Source of the DNA: Nitrospirales bacterium
Lineage (GTDB): Bacteria > Nitrospirota > Nitrospiria > Nitrospirales > UBA8639
DNA: 64,000 bases
Assembly: GCA_965203295.1 (NCBI GenBank)
Contig: CBDBCZ010000019.1
Coordinates: 1,632,001 to 1,696,000, forward strand
Reading direction: 5' to 3'
Shown here in pieces: positions 53,729-64,000 of this stretch. Below the pieces are notes generated by a model, which saw only the letters and a list, made by a program, of their open reading frames with translations, did no database searches and was not told where the DNA came from. The translations under genes were made by a program, and so were the position numbers. Each line of letters begins with the position of its first letter. Within the stretch, counting starts at the first letter, position 1.

Positions 53729-54493
53729 ATGCCGACTTATAAACTGACTCTTGAATATGACGGAACAGCCTATGCAGGTTGGCAGCGTCAACCTGAGCAG
53801 CCCACGATCCAAGGTGAGGTTGAAAGGGTACTGGCTCAAATTACGCAAACATCAATCTCCGTCGTTGCGGCTGGACGGACAGATGCAGGAGTCCATGCGA
53901 GAGGACAAGTTGTGAGTTTTCGTTCTTCTAAATCATTGCCGCATCAGAAATGGGTTCGTGCGATCAACGGCTTGTTGCCCCAAGACATCACTATTGTGAC
54001 CATGGAATCTGTCCCTGATGAATTTCATGCCCGATATAGTGTGTTTTCAAAGGAATACGAATACCTGATTTTCAATAGCCCCTTCAAATCTGCACTCGAC
54101 CGAAATCGTTTCTGGCATATCCCTCAAAAATTGGAAGTCTCTGCCATGCGCGAAGCCGCGGTCCATCTCAAGGGCTCCCACGACTTCTCTTCATTTGAAG
54201 GCTCACCGACCGACAACGAAAATCCCGTTTGTGCGATCCAACACTTTGATCTTGAGCAAACAGGGTCGAATATTCGTATCCGAGTCGAAGCGGATCGTTT
54301 CTTAAAACAAATGGTCCGAGCTATGGTGGGAACTTTGGTTGAGGTGGGGCATCAAAAACGAAACCCCAGCGACATGAAGGCGGTGCTTGATTCTCGAGAT
54401 CGTTGTGCCGCTGGACAAACAGCCCCACCGCACGGACTGTACCTCCTGAAGGTCAACTATGAGAAAGGCGATGCTGGAACACAGAAGTTATAA
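53729..54493 (+). CDS. truA: tRNA pseudouridine(38-40) synthase
   Basis: YDGT...GWQ, GRTDAGVHA, FHAR, FLKQMVR, APPHGL. Confidence 0.96.
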   Translation: MPTYKLTLEYDGTAYAGWQRQPEQPTIQGEVERVLAQITQTSISVVAAGRTDAGVHARGQVVSFRSSKSLPHQKWVRAINGLLPQDITIVTMESVPDEFHARYSVFSKEYEYLIFNSPFKSALDRNRFWHIPQKLEVSAMREAAVHLKGSHDFSSFEGSPTDNENPVCAIQHFDLEQTGSNIRIRVEADRFLKQMVRAMVGTLVEVGHQKRNPSDMKAVLDSRDRCAAGQTAPPHGLYLLKVNYEKGDAGTQKL

Positions 54494-54934
54494 GTCGACG
54501 GGAAGATCTTGCTGGCGTTTCCGTTCTTGAACAACGATCTCACCCTGCATAAAAGGATGTATACTACAATGATAGGAATATCTGCCGGAGGGAAGAGCTG
54601 TTAATCTGAAACTTCTTCCTGGGGGGACAGGCCCGGATTCAAAAGCACATCGGCTTCCCCTTCTGCAGCCATCATGAGTAATGGTATGGAGTTCATGGGA
54701 CTGATTGATCCACTGAATGGACTGATTGGCTTTTACGATGGCACGCATTGGAGTATAAAAGGGTTCATGCATGCTCATGGATATTGCAAAGGTTGCATTA
54801 TCCGCTTGCCCCAGCAGAGGCAAAAGCCCTGATGCTCCTATGATTGCCCAAATACCAAATCTGATTTTCATATGACTCAACACCGAAAGACTCATCTCAT
54901 AAATAAGAGTACGTCTCCGTTTCATGAAAATCAA
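54488..54934 (-). CDS. Plastocyanin/amicyanin-like cupredoxin
   Basis: HTI...YHCSIHPFMQG; start uncertain. Confidence 0.8.
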   Translation of the reverse strand: MIFMKRRRTLIYEMSLSVLSHMKIRFGIWAIIGASGLLPLLGQADNATFAISMSMHEPFYTPMRAIVKANQSIQWINQSHELHTITHDGCRRGSRCAFESGPVPPGRSFRLTALPSGRYSYHCSIHPFMQGEIVVQERKRQQDLPVDL

Positions 54935-54964
54935 ATAGGCTATTCTTTCTAAGGTTTCTTCTTA

Positions 54965-56221
54965 ATGATCTCTGAACTTGATCACCCGACCTTTCGTTTG
55001 GCCGTCGCTCAATTTGATAAAGCGGCAGAGGCGATGAATCTTGATCCTAATCTACGCGAACGCCTCAAAACCCCGCAACGATCGTTGGTTGTGAGCCTGC
55101 CAATTCGCATGGACGATGGCACCGTTCAAGTCTTTATAGGCTACCGGGTTCAACACGATTCGGCTAGAGGTCCTTCCAAAGGTGGACTTCGGTATCATAG
55201 CGATGTGAATCTGGGAGAGGTAGCTGCCCTGGCCATGTGGATGACATGGAAAACAGCGTTGGCGGGGCTGCCGTATGGAGGGGCAAAAGGAGGGGTGAAG
55301 GTCACCCCACGGGATCTTTCTCTCGGTGAACTGGAACGGCTCACTCGTCGATATGCGGCAGAAATTTTCCCCATCGTTGGACCTGATAAAGACATTGCCG
55401 CCCCGGATATTGGAACCAATCAACAAGTGATGGCCTGGATCATGGATACGTACAGTCAACAAGTCGGTTTTGCCGTCCCTGGGGTCATCACCGGCAAACC
55501 TCTGGCTATTGGCGGAAGCCTCGCTCGTGAAGAAGCCACCGGACGGGGCGTGGTTGACATTACCATGGAAGCCATTCAGCATTTACAGAAAGACCCTGCA
55601 ACCGTCAAGATAGCTATTCAGGGATTCGGCAACGTTGGCTCTCATACAGCACGAATCTTCCACGAAAGAGGATTTCGCGTCATTGCCGTAACTGAACTGG
55701 AAGGGGGATTGTGGAATCCTAACGGGTTAGATATTCCTGCACTACTCAATTCTTCTCAATCCGGGAGCCCACTTTGTGACATGAAGGGCGGCGATTGGAT
55801 CACCAATGAGGAGCTTCTTGAACTCGACTGCACCGTTCTCATCCCTGCAGCGATTTCAGAGCAAATTAACGAAAGCAATGCCACCAAGGTGCGCTGTCAA
55901 ATTCTCACTGAGGCCGCAAATGGGCCTACCTCTCTTGATGCTGATGACATATTAGAAGACCGTGGAATTTTTACCATTCCAGATATTCTGGCCAACTCCG
56001 GAGGGGTAATTGTGTCCTATTTTGAATGGGTGCAGGACGTCCAGCGGTTTTTTTGGAAAGAGCAGGATATCCACGATCGTCTCCATGAGATCATTACCTC
56101 AGCATTTCATCGAACTATAACCTTTGCTCAAAAAAAGAAAACCACGATGCGACTAGCTGCCCTGATCAATGGAATCGACCAAGTGGCAGAAGCTCACAAG
56201 GCTCGAGGGCTCTATCCTTGA
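54965..56221 (+). CDS. gdhA: Glu/Leu/Phe/Val dehydrogenase (glutamate dehydrogenase)
   Basis: KGGLRY, MTWK, GGAKGG, QGFGNVG, EAAN, PDILANSGGV.VSYFEW. Confidence 0.9.
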   Translation: MISELDHPTFRLAVAQFDKAAEAMNLDPNLRERLKTPQRSLVVSLPIRMDDGTVQVFIGYRVQHDSARGPSKGGLRYHSDVNLGEVAALAMWMTWKTALAGLPYGGAKGGVKVTPRDLSLGELERLTRRYAAEIFPIVGPDKDIAAPDIGTNQQVMAWIMDTYSQQVGFAVPGVITGKPLAIGGSLAREEATGRGVVDITMEAIQHLQKDPATVKIAIQGFGNVGSHTARIFHERGFRVIAVTELEGGLWNPNGLDIPALLNSSQSGSPLCDMKGGDWITNEELLELDCTVLIPAAISEQINESNATKVRCQILTEAANGPTSLDADDILEDRGIFTIPDILANSGGVIVSYFEWVQDVQRFFWKEQDIHDRLHEIITSAFHRTITFAQKKKTTMRLAALINGIDQVAEAHKARGLYP

Positions 56222-56386
56222 AGATTGATGAAGAGGCTCAAGCTCACAAAGAGAGCATGCAGGTGGGGTAAAGGATGGGACAAGGTTTCGGATTTAAAGT
56301 TTCCTGGATGCCGCTAAAGCCTGTGGGGTATGACGGTCAAAATTTCGTGCAGTTTACAAAATTTGTCCTCTTTTTTGAATCTGTGT

Positions 56387-56708
56387 GTTCGCCTTGCGTG
56401 TGGCTGAGTCCCAGCGCTGAATCTCACAACTCGGCGAGGACTGTTTGAGCGAGGGGGTTGTTGAAAAAGACCGCCAGCGGCGTTCTCGTGGCTCGTAGCC
56501 CTCAACGTACATAAGTCGTACGTCTCGGACTTCTCGCGGCCTGCGGCCTTGCTGACGAAACTTTTTGAACAACCCCTAGAGCGAGTTCCGCAGCCATATG
56601 ATTCGGGGCTGGGACGAAGGAGACCCGCAGGGCCATGCCCAGGCGGGAATGGTTTTGGGTCCTTTTGCCAAAACAAAAGGGCCTCGTCGTGCGGGGCCGA
56701 AACCCCGC
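56387..56708 (-). repeat. Dispersed palindromic repeat A, copy 2 (interrupted by MITE B)
   Basis: Reverse complement colinear with 46682-47004. Confidence 0.85.
56454..56576 (-). mobile_element. MITE B, copy 2
   Basis: TIRs GGGGTTGTTGAAAAAG / CTTTTTGAACAACCCC; same core as 46724-46851. Confidence 0.85.
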
Positions 56709-56796
56709 TCGAACAAAAACGATTTAACCAAATATCCTCGATGCCCGCCTACGACTGCGGGTATGACGGCTTATCGCAAGAAAGGCATTTTCTTTT

Positions 56797-57738
56797 TTAC
56801 ACCTCCTCGCCAGCATAGATTTTCATCACGGTCCCTAAGAATTCTAATGCTGCGGGTTTCGAACGTTGAAAAGAATTTCGACCAATAATTGAACCAAACC
56901 CTCCACCATCACGAATCCCTCGAACTTCATCGAATATTTTCTTATCCTCTTCCTTCGCGCCTCCAGAAAAAATCACAATCTTCCGTCCATTAAACGTGCT
57001 CTGCACAACGTGCCGCACACGGTCAGCCGGTGTGCTGATTGGAACCTTTTCAGCATCATAGACCTTTTTAGCCGCTGCCTGTTCAATATGGTCCGCCGGC
57101 ATTTTCACCTTGATAATATGAGCACCAAGTTGGGCTGCAATTTGTGCGGCATAGGCCACGACATCGATTGCTGTCTCGCCTTGTTTACTCAGCCCTCCTC
57201 CCCTGGGGTAAGACCAGACCACGACCGCGAGTCCATAGGCTTTCGCCTCTTGAGCAATTTCTCGAAGATTTTGATACATCGTTTGACTATGAGCAGAGCC
57301 TGGGTAAATGGTATACCCAACCGCACAGCACCCTAGGTGCAACGCATCCTTGACACTACCGGTAATAGCTTGATTCGGATCCTTTGATTCAGACAATGAA
57401 TCACTGTTGTTTAATTTCAGGATAAGAGGGATCTGACCGGCAAACGTACCAGCTCCCGCCTCTAGAAATCCCAATGGAGCTGCATAAGCATTACATCCCG
57501 CTTCTATCCCTAACTCAAAGTGATAATGAGGGTTATACCCGCCAGGATTCTGGGCAAAACTTCGAGCCGGTCCATGTTCAAAACCTTGATCCACAGGGAG
57601 AATCACCAATCGTCCCGTTCCCCCAAGACGACCGTTCATCAGAAGGCGTGCAAGGTTGGTTCGGATTCCAGGGCTTTCACTTTCGTAATTCTGTAAAATT
57701 TCTCTTACTCGATCGGTGATCACTGTGCATCTCTTCAT
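56797..57738 (-). CDS. fbaB: Class I fructose-bisphosphate aldolase
   Basis: ILPVDQGFEHGP, WSYPRG, IIKVK, GSIIGRN. Confidence 0.9.
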   Translation of the reverse strand: MKRCTVITDRVREILQNYESESPGIRTNLARLLMNGRLGGTGRLVILPVDQGFEHGPARSFAQNPGGYNPHYHFELGIEAGCNAYAAPLGFLEAGAGTFAGQIPLILKLNNSDSLSESKDPNQAITGSVKDALHLGCCAVGYTIYPGSAHSQTMYQNLREIAQEAKAYGLAVVVWSYPRGGGLSKQGETAIDVVAYAAQIAAQLGAHIIKVKMPADHIEQAAAKKVYDAEKVPISTPADRVRHVVQSTFNGRKIVIFSGGAKEEDKKIFDEVRGIRDGGGFGSIIGRNSFQRSKPAALEFLGTVMKIYAGEEV

Positions 57739-57822
57739 AAAAGCTTCCTCCTCCTCTTCTTAACAAAAACATTTTCTCTTTTGGGGGATTCAAACCATTG
57801 CTTTGGGCTTCGGTAAAGACTG

Positions 57823-58473
57823 TTAGTTCTTATCCCGGGTTTCAGGGTTCTCGATTCGTTTCCGAAGCTCAATGAGTTCTCGATCCATCGCCTCAAAGCG
57901 TTCGGCAATGGGGTCTGGAATATTGATATGGTCCATGGTTTCTTCAGGCCCTCGGACTCTGTGGCTATTGATTACGCGTCCGGGAATCCCAATGACAGTC
58001 GAGTTCGATGGGACCGATCGTAACACCACAGAATTGGCTCCTACTTTGACAAAGTCGCCAATTTTGATATTTCCGAGAACCTTAGCCCCCGCCCCGATTA
58101 CGACGTGATTGCCTAGCGTGGGATGGCGTTTTCCCTTTTCCTTACCAGTCCCTCCAAGAGTGACCCCTTGAAATAGCGTGACATAATCGCCAATTTCCGA
58201 GGTCTCCCCAATCACGACCCCCATTCCATGATCGATGAAAAAACACCGTCCGATATGAGCTCCCGGGTGGATTTCTATACCTGTGAGCCAACGAGCAAGT
58301 TGAGAGATAACTCGAGGAAAAATTGGGATTCGGGCCCGCCATAAAAGATGTGCAATTCGATAGGCCAATAGGGCGTGAAACCCCGAGTATGCGAGAATCA
58401 CTTCGAATTTACTCGTGGCCGCTGGATCCCTTTCAATCGCAGCCTTCAAATCTTCACGAATACGGCTAAACAT
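57823..58473 (-). CDS. cysE: Serine O-acetyltransferase
   Basis: [31 protein letters not shown]. Confidence 0.95.
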   Translation of the reverse strand: MFSRIREDLKAAIERDPAATSKFEVILAYSGFHALLAYRIAHLLWRARIPIFPRVISQLARWLTGIEIHPGAHIGRCFFIDHGMGVVIGETSEIGDYVTLFQGVTLGGTGKEKGKRHPTLGNHVVIGAGAKVLGNIKIGDFVKVGANSVVLRSVPSNSTVIGIPGRVINSHRVRGPEETMDHINIPDPIAERFEAMDRELIELRKRIENPETRDKN

Positions 58474-58506
58474 ATCCAGTCCCGTGTACTAAAAACTCAC
58501 CATCTA

Positions 58507-58992
58507 TCAGGTGGTGGTGCCAGTTCGTTCGATCAGGCAGACAGCCTGAGCGCTAATGCCCTCTTGCCTCCCGATGCTCCCGATTTTGTCTCCACTTTTG
58601 ACTTTGACATTGATGTTTCCTGGACTCACTTTCAGAACTTCAGCGAGTCGTTGTTTTATAGAGTCCAAGTACGATTCCAACCTAGGGGCTTCGGCTTGAA
58701 TGATGGTATCTAGGTTAACAAGCTGATACCCCTTTTGCGCAAGTAGGCCACACACATGCTGTAGCATAACCAAACTGTTCATATCCTTAAAACTGCGATT
58801 TGAGCTGGGAAAATGCGTTCCGAGGTCCCCAAGACCCATCGCCCCGAGGAGGGCATCACAAATTGCATGTGTCAGAGCATCCGAATCGGAATGACCAGCT
58901 AACCCATGAGTATGGGGGATATCAATTCCACCTAAAATCAACTTCCTCCCAGGTTGTAGGGCGTGAATATCATACCCTAGACCCACTCGCAT
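58507..58992 (-). CDS. ispF: MEcPP synthase
   Basis: GYDIH, GHSDSD..HA..DALLGA, DLG.HFP. Confidence 0.95.
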   Translation of the reverse strand: MRVGLGYDIHALQPGRKLILGGIDIPHTHGLAGHSDSDALTHAICDALLGAMGLGDLGTHFPSSNRSFKDMNSLVMLQHVCGLLAQKGYQLVNLDTIIQAEAPRLESYLDSIKQRLAEVLKVSPGNINVKVKSGDKIGSIGRQEGISAQAVCLIERTGTTT

Positions 58993-59060
58993 CTTACTCT
59001 CCTTCAATATCCTCACATATCAAAAAGAGGTGCAATGACATTGATATTGCCCCCATTTGC

Positions 59061-59774
59061 TCAAGGGTTCTGATTGGCTTTCGCGGCTAACATAGCTTCG
59101 CCAAGAATGAGGTCTTCCGGTCTGGTGATTTTGATGTTGTTGTAGCTCCCATTGACCACCACGACTTCATAGCCCATTTGTTCGATAAGGACCGCATCAT
59201 CGGTCGCCTCAATATCCTCTTGCTCTCCCTGGCGATGAGCCTCGACAAGCAAGGCGGTCTGAAAAGCCTGAGGGGTTTGGGCCAACCATAATTCGCTTCG
59301 GTCAAGGGTCGAATCGACCAAACCTCCCTCTCGCACACGTTTTACCGTATCCCGCATGGGGACAGCAACAACTGAAGCCCCATGGAATTGGGCCATTTCT
59401 ACTGCCTGATTGACCATTTCAGTCGTGACAAAAGGTCTCGCAGCATCATGAACAACGATGACGTCCACACCAGGTGCCACCGCCTTGATTCCATTACATA
59501 CCGAATCCTGACGACGTGCTCCTCCTGCCACGACTTGGGTAACTTTATCTATTCCAAATGAAGGCAGTATGGTCTTCCTGCAATGGTCGCAATCATCCTC
59601 TGGCACAACCAAAATGACCTCAGTCACGACTTGAGTGAATTGGAAAATTTGCAGGGAATGAACCAGAAGGGGAATTCCACCTAACTTCAGAAACTGCTTA
59701 GGGATATTGCCCCCCAGTCGAGCTCCACGCCCAGCAGCGAGGACGATAGCGGCAACCCGATCAGCCACGAGCAA
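59061..59774 (-). CDS. ispD: MEP cytidylyltransferase
   Basis: AAGRGARL...PKQF, RQDSV, HDAARP, QTPQAF, NIKIT.PED. Confidence 0.95.
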   Translation of the reverse strand: MLVADRVAAIVLAAGRGARLGGNIPKQFLKLGGIPLLVHSLQIFQFTQVVTEVILVVPEDDCDHCRKTILPSFGIDKVTQVVAGGARRQDSVCNGIKAVAPGVDVIVVHDAARPFVTTEMVNQAVEMAQFHGASVVAVPMRDTVKRVREGGLVDSTLDRSELWLAQTPQAFQTALLVEAHRQGEQEDIEATDDAVLIEQMGYEVVVVNGSYNNIKITRPEDLILGEAMLAAKANQNP

Positions 59775-60783
59775 AACTCAAGACATCACGATCAGGTTCT
59801 TCTCTCAATCGAGTAAAGATCATGCGACCGGCACTGGTTTGCAAGACACTCGTCACCACCACATCAACATTTTTCCCGATGGATCGTTTGGCATTATCCA
59901 CCACGATCATCGTTCCATCATCCAAATACGAGACCCCCTGCCCCGCCTCTTTGCCTTCTTTCAACACAAAGACTCGAATAACTTCTCCAGGGAGTACAAC
60001 CGGTTTTAACGCATTACATAGATCGTTGATATTGAGGACCCGTACTCCTTGGAGTTCGGCTACCTTATTGAGGTTCAGATCATTCGTTAAGATTTTCGCA
60101 TTGAGTTTCTTCCCTAGTTCAACCAACTTGGAATCCACTTCTTTAATGTGGGAAAAGTCATCTTCTACGATTTGGACATGGACCTGGGCATTCTTTTGAA
60201 TGTGATTGAGGATATCCAATCCTCTACGTCCACGAGCGCGTTTTAATCCATCAGAGGAATCAGAGATATGTTGAAGCTCCTGGAGAATAAATTTCGGAAT
60301 AATGAATCCCCCTTCAATAAATCCTGTCTCACACAGATCCGCAATCCGCCCGTCAATAATAACACTCGTGTCTAACAACTTAGCCTTAGTTGGAATTCCT
60401 TGCGAACTTAAAGTCTTGGGCCCTAATTCCCAAAAACTCTCTTTTCCCGCCTTGGCGCCAAGAACCAGTCCTAAATAGGGTAAGACCACTAACAACCCCG
60501 CTGCCCCTATCTGAACAATCAAAGAATCGTTCGGAAACACGTAAGCACCGATATAGGTGCAAATTCCAGCAAGGACAATGCCAAGCCCAAATCCGAATGC
60601 CGCTACGGCGATCGTTGCAGCCGTTACATGTCGAAGCCATTGTTCTAGAAAAACAATGATGCCGCTGAGAGCTGCTCCAAGCACGGCACCTAAAACGGTA
60701 GGGAACTTCTCGTCGCCGATCGCAAATCCCACACCTGCCCCAACAGCGATGCATATTCCTATGAAAAGGGCTTGGAGAATCAT
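59761..60783 (-). CDS. Membrane PIN/TRAM protein (YacL-like)
   Basis: Four TM segments, LDTSVIIDGRI, RGRRGLD, TNDLNL, YLDDGTMIVV. Confidence 0.92.
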   Translation of the reverse strand: MILQALFIGICIAVGAGVGFAIGDEKFPTVLGAVLGAALSGIIVFLEQWLRHVTAATIAVAAFGFGLGIVLAGICTYIGAYVFPNDSLIVQIGAAGLLVVLPYLGLVLGAKAGKESFWELGPKTLSSQGIPTKAKLLDTSVIIDGRIADLCETGFIEGGFIIPKFILQELQHISDSSDGLKRARGRRGLDILNHIQKNAQVHVQIVEDDFSHIKEVDSKLVELGKKLNAKILTNDLNLNKVAELQGVRVLNINDLCNALKPVVLPGEVIRVFVLKEGKEAGQGVSYLDDGTMIVVDNAKRSIGKNVDVVVTSVLQTSAGRMIFTRLREEPDRDVLSFARG

Positions 60784-60873
60784 AGCTCTTCTTTCTCTTG
60801 CCCCTCCATCACGTTTCAGAGTTTATTAAATTCTGGAACTCACTTTGAAATCACAAATTTCAGATGTTTCTTG

Positions 60874-61872
60874 TTACAAATTTTTTTCGGCCATCTCTAC
60901 ATCTTCTCGACTCCCAATAATTAAAGGGATACGCTGATGAAGAGTTCTGGGCTCTACGGTGTTGATTCGTTGGGTGCCCGTTGACCCTAATCCTCCTGCT
61001 TGTTCTACGATAAAACTGAGGGGAGCGGCTTCATACATCAAACGCAACTTTCCCTCTGGCGTCTTCACCTCTTCGGGGTAAAGATACAGGCCACCTTTCA
61101 GGATGATTCTATGAACATCTGCGACCAAACATCCCGTATACCGCAAGGCATAGGGACGACCGGTACTGAGATCCGATTCTTGAAGATAATCTATGAACCG
61201 TTGCATTCCGGAATTCCACTTCCGGCGGTTTCCTTGATTGACGCTATAGATCTTTCCACGACTGGGCATTTTGATATCTGAAGCCGTGAGGAGGAATTCA
61301 CCAACACCTGAATCCAAAGTAAATTGGTGGACACCTCGACCACAAGTATAAACCAGGTTCACACTGGGACCATAGAGAAGATACCCGGCTGCAATTTGTT
61401 GAGAACCCGGCTGAAGAAGTTCTTGCTCTTGATTCGGCGCGGATAAATGGGAATATCGATGAATAGAAAAAATAGATCCCAGGGGTGCATTGACGTCAAT
61501 ATTGGAAGACCCATCTAATGGATCAAAAAACACAGCATACTGGCCGGTATTATTGGCACTGGTAATTGTTAACGGTTTTTCCATTTCTTCTGAAATCAAC
61601 GTTTTGACAATTTCACTGTATTCAAAAGCTTGCACAAACAGGTCGTTGGCCCTTTCATCAAGTTTTTGGACTTCTTCGCCTTGAACATTGGTTTCTCCCG
61701 TAGATCCCAGAATATCAATAATGCCAGATTGGCTAAGATCTCTGGCAATCCATTTGCCGGCCAGGGCAATTTGGCCCATCATAATGGAAAATTCCCCAGT
61801 CACCTCAGGAAATAAGCTCTGTTCTTGAATAATGTGCCTTGTCAATGAAACAGACTTTCCGATAGATCTCAT
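60874..61872 (-). CDS. fbp: Class 1 fructose-1,6-bisphosphatase
   Basis: NVQGE.VQKLD, SEE, DPLDGSSN, GKLRLMYE. Confidence 0.95.
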   Translation of the reverse strand: MRSIGKSVSLTRHIIQEQSLFPEVTGEFSIMMGQIALAGKWIARDLSQSGIIDILGSTGETNVQGEEVQKLDERANDLFVQAFEYSEIVKTLISEEMEKPLTITSANNTGQYAVFFDPLDGSSNIDVNAPLGSIFSIHRYSHLSAPNQEQELLQPGSQQIAAGYLLYGPSVNLVYTCGRGVHQFTLDSGVGEFLLTASDIKMPSRGKIYSVNQGNRRKWNSGMQRFIDYLQESDLSTGRPYALRYTGCLVADVHRIILKGGLYLYPEEVKTPEGKLRLMYEAAPLSFIVEQAGGLGSTGTQRINTVEPRTLHQRIPLIIGSREDVEMAEKNL

Positions 61873-62229
61873 GCTCTGAATCCTAACTCGCTGTCATTCT
61901 GGCACGTTGCCTACAGAAAGAGGCATCACATTCAGTCTGAAGAAGCTCAATTTTTTATATACACCGAACATCTAAAATACTGAAGAATTTCTTAAATAAT
62001 TATAGGCCTTTTCCAAAAAAAGGTCGAGGACATGCACAACGCCTTCGATGTTGTTGATGAAGGTGCCTTTTTCAAAAGCCCCTGAAATGAATGATGCTGA
62101 AGGTTGGAATGACACCGCAATCCTAGACTGTCAGTTGAAAAAAATTCTGGACATGAGAACGACTAACCGAAAGGAGATTAGGGTTCAAAGAAAAGAGGGT
62201 GAAAACACAGGGAAAGAACTCTATGGCGG

Positions 62230-63627
62230 CTATGTTTCAAGCTCTTGACGGCAAGCTTCCAATTCAACCTCAAAAAACGAGCGAATCATATCCAATGAGG
62301 CCTGGGACTCCGCTTCAAATCGCAAGACCAAAGCTGGCTGGGTATTGGAGGCACGGATGAGACCCCACCCTTGATCAAACTGAACTCGAATACCATCAAT
62401 GGTCGTCACATCTCCAATGGCCAACTGAGGCTTTCTCATTGAGGATGCTTTGGCCATTTTCATCACTCGGTCACGAATTCTATCGACAAGAGTGAATTTT
62501 ATCTCATCAGGACAATCCACTCGGATTTCGGGTGTCACAAAACTCTCTGGCAGATCATCCAGTAATGATGACAGGGATTTGCCCGTCTTACTGAGTATTT
62601 CTACCAACCGACATGAGGCATAGATGGCATCATCATATCCATAATAGCGGTCGGCAAAGAACATATGTCCAGACATTTCTCCAGCTAGTAAGGCCCCCTC
62701 TTCTTTCATTTTGGCCTTTAGCACCGAATGTCCAGTTTTCCACATGATGCCGCGACCACCATGTGTTTCGATGTCATCGTACAGTCGTTGTGAGGCTTTC
62801 ACTTCTGAAATGATCGTGCAGCCTGGGTGTGATTCTAAAAGATTTCGGGAAAAGACGATCATGAGTCGATCACCCCACAGGATATTCCCCTTTTCATCGA
62901 TGGCCCCGATTCGATCCGCATCCCCGTCGTAGCCAATTCCTAAATGAGCCCCGTTCTCTTTGACGCCCTTCATTAAATCTTGAAGGTTCTCAGGCACCGT
63001 CGGATCTGGATGGTGATGAGGAAAATTTCCGTCAAGGTTGCAATATAATCCTGTGACCTGACATCCAAGTTGCTCTAATGCCTGCTTCGCAACTAAACTG
63101 GCTGCTCCGTTCCCACAATCAATGACTACATGAAGGTTGGATGCATTGACGGAACGAAAATGGTCTTTTAAAAAGGCTAAATAATTCGGAATAATGGTCG
63201 CTTCTGTGACTCGACCTATACCCGATGAAAACTTCCCAGAGTCTAAAATGGCTTTTATGTGTTGAATGTCAGGACCATGAAGCGCTTCCCGACCAATACA
63301 CAGTTTGAACCCATTATATTCGGCTGCATTATGGCTGCCAGTAATCATGACGCCGCCGTCGACGTTTAATTGAAAAAGCGAAAAATACAAAAGAGGAGTC
63401 GCACACACTCCAAGATCGACGACACTGATTCCACCGGCAAGGAGCCCGCTCGTAAAACAATCCCGTAATGCAGGTGACGTCAAACGTCCATCCCGCCCTA
63501 ACGCCACTGTTCCACACCCTCGTTCCTTTGCCATCGTGGCATGGGCTCTCCCAATAGCCTCGGCTCCATCCAAGGTCAGATCTTTTCCTACAATGCCACG
63601 AATGTCGTACTCACGAAAAATGCTCAC
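62230..63627 (-). CDS. Phosphomannomutase/phosphoglucomutase
   Basis: FREYDIRG, TGSHN, DGDADR, GEMSGH, RASNT. Confidence 0.93.
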   Translation of the reverse strand: MSIFREYDIRGIVGKDLTLDGAEAIGRAHATMAKERGCGTVALGRDGRLTSPALRDCFTSGLLAGGISVVDLGVCATPLLYFSLFQLNVDGGVMITGSHNAAEYNGFKLCIGREALHGPDIQHIKAILDSGKFSSGIGRVTEATIIPNYLAFLKDHFRSVNASNLHVVIDCGNGAASLVAKQALEQLGCQVTGLYCNLDGNFPHHHPDPTVPENLQDLMKGVKENGAHLGIGYDGDADRIGAIDEKGNILWGDRLMIVFSRNLLESHPGCTIISEVKASQRLYDDIETHGGRGIMWKTGHSVLKAKMKEEGALLAGEMSGHMFFADRYYGYDDAIYASCRLVEILSKTGKSLSSLLDDLPESFVTPEIRVDCPDEIKFTLVDRIRDRVMKMAKASSMRKPQLAIGDVTTIDGIRVQFDQGWGLIRASNTQPALVLRFEAESQASLDMIRSFFEVELEACRQELET

Positions 63628-63666
63628 AAAAGACTTCTCCTCACGTCCCTTCTTCTCTATCTTGGA

Positions 63667-64000
63667 TCAACTTCTCCCATAATCATCCTGAAACCGAACG
63701 ATATCATCCTCCCCTAAATAAGGGCCTGTTTGCACTTCAATGATTTCTACAGTAGATGTGCCCGGATTTTCCAACCGATGTGTTGTTTGTTTCGGGATAC
63801 CGATACTTTGTCCTGGCTTCAAATCGAATACCGCGCCGTCTCGTGTCACACGAGCTGTCCCAGCAATGACCACCCAATGTTCACTTCGTTGGTGATGCAA
63901 TTGAAGTGACAGCCGACCTCCCGGCTTCAAGGTCACACGCTTCACTTTGTAATCAGGCCCTTCCTCTAAAATAGTGTAGGATCCCCATGGCCTAAAGACC
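63667..64000 (-). CDS. manC: Mannose-1-phosphate guanylyltransferase/mannose-6-phosphate isomerase, C-terminal part
   Basis: RPWGSY, LSLQLHHQRSEHWVV, HRLENPG, YLGEDDIVRF. Confidence 0.88.
   Translation of the reverse strand, partial: VFRPWGSYTILEEGPDYKVKRVTLKPGGRLSLQLHHQRSEHWVVIAGTARVTRDGAVFDLKPGQSIGIPKQTTHRLENPGTSTVEIIEVQTGPYLGEDDIVRFQDDYGRS

Noticed and set aside
61900..61916. Sigma54-like TGGCACG
   Set aside because: No -12 TTGC at the right spacing, and it points away from fbp

Overview
Bacterial chromosomal segment, most likely from a Nitrospirales (Nitrospirota) genome. This is inferred from gene content, gene order and a Nitrospira-type MITE, and was not verified by search. The core is housekeeping: clpB, glnA-glnB, two half-length GlnE genes, purMN, rlmD-like, ntrYX, mazG, htpX, endoQ-uvrD, tatD, amiC, truA, gdhA, fbaB, cysE, ispDF, fbp, PMM/PGM, manC, plus tRNA-Ala(CGC) and tRNA-Pro(CGG). 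Two decayed accessory islets are present (about 19.8-24.6 kb at tRNA-Ala, and about 40.1-42.7 kb). Many accessory genes are broken by frameshifts or in-frame TAG codons, suggesting genome erosion. Best candidate systems: (1) a DUF2946/CruR-like leader ORF ending in a RAPP arrest motif, upstream of a His/Met-rich outer-membrane barrel and a cupredoxin; (2) a tRNA-Ala element whose att core lies inside a recombinase-like 3' end, so that integration would swap an ssrA-like ALAA tail for a tRNA-derived stop; (3) a split, divergent GlnE with GlnD-type ACT domains near a P-II lacking Tyr51; (4) an EndoQ and UvrD pair both ending in beta-clamp motifs; (5) the same MITE nested at two different sites in two copies of a second repeat. 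All family assignments come from motif recognition only; no database searches were run.
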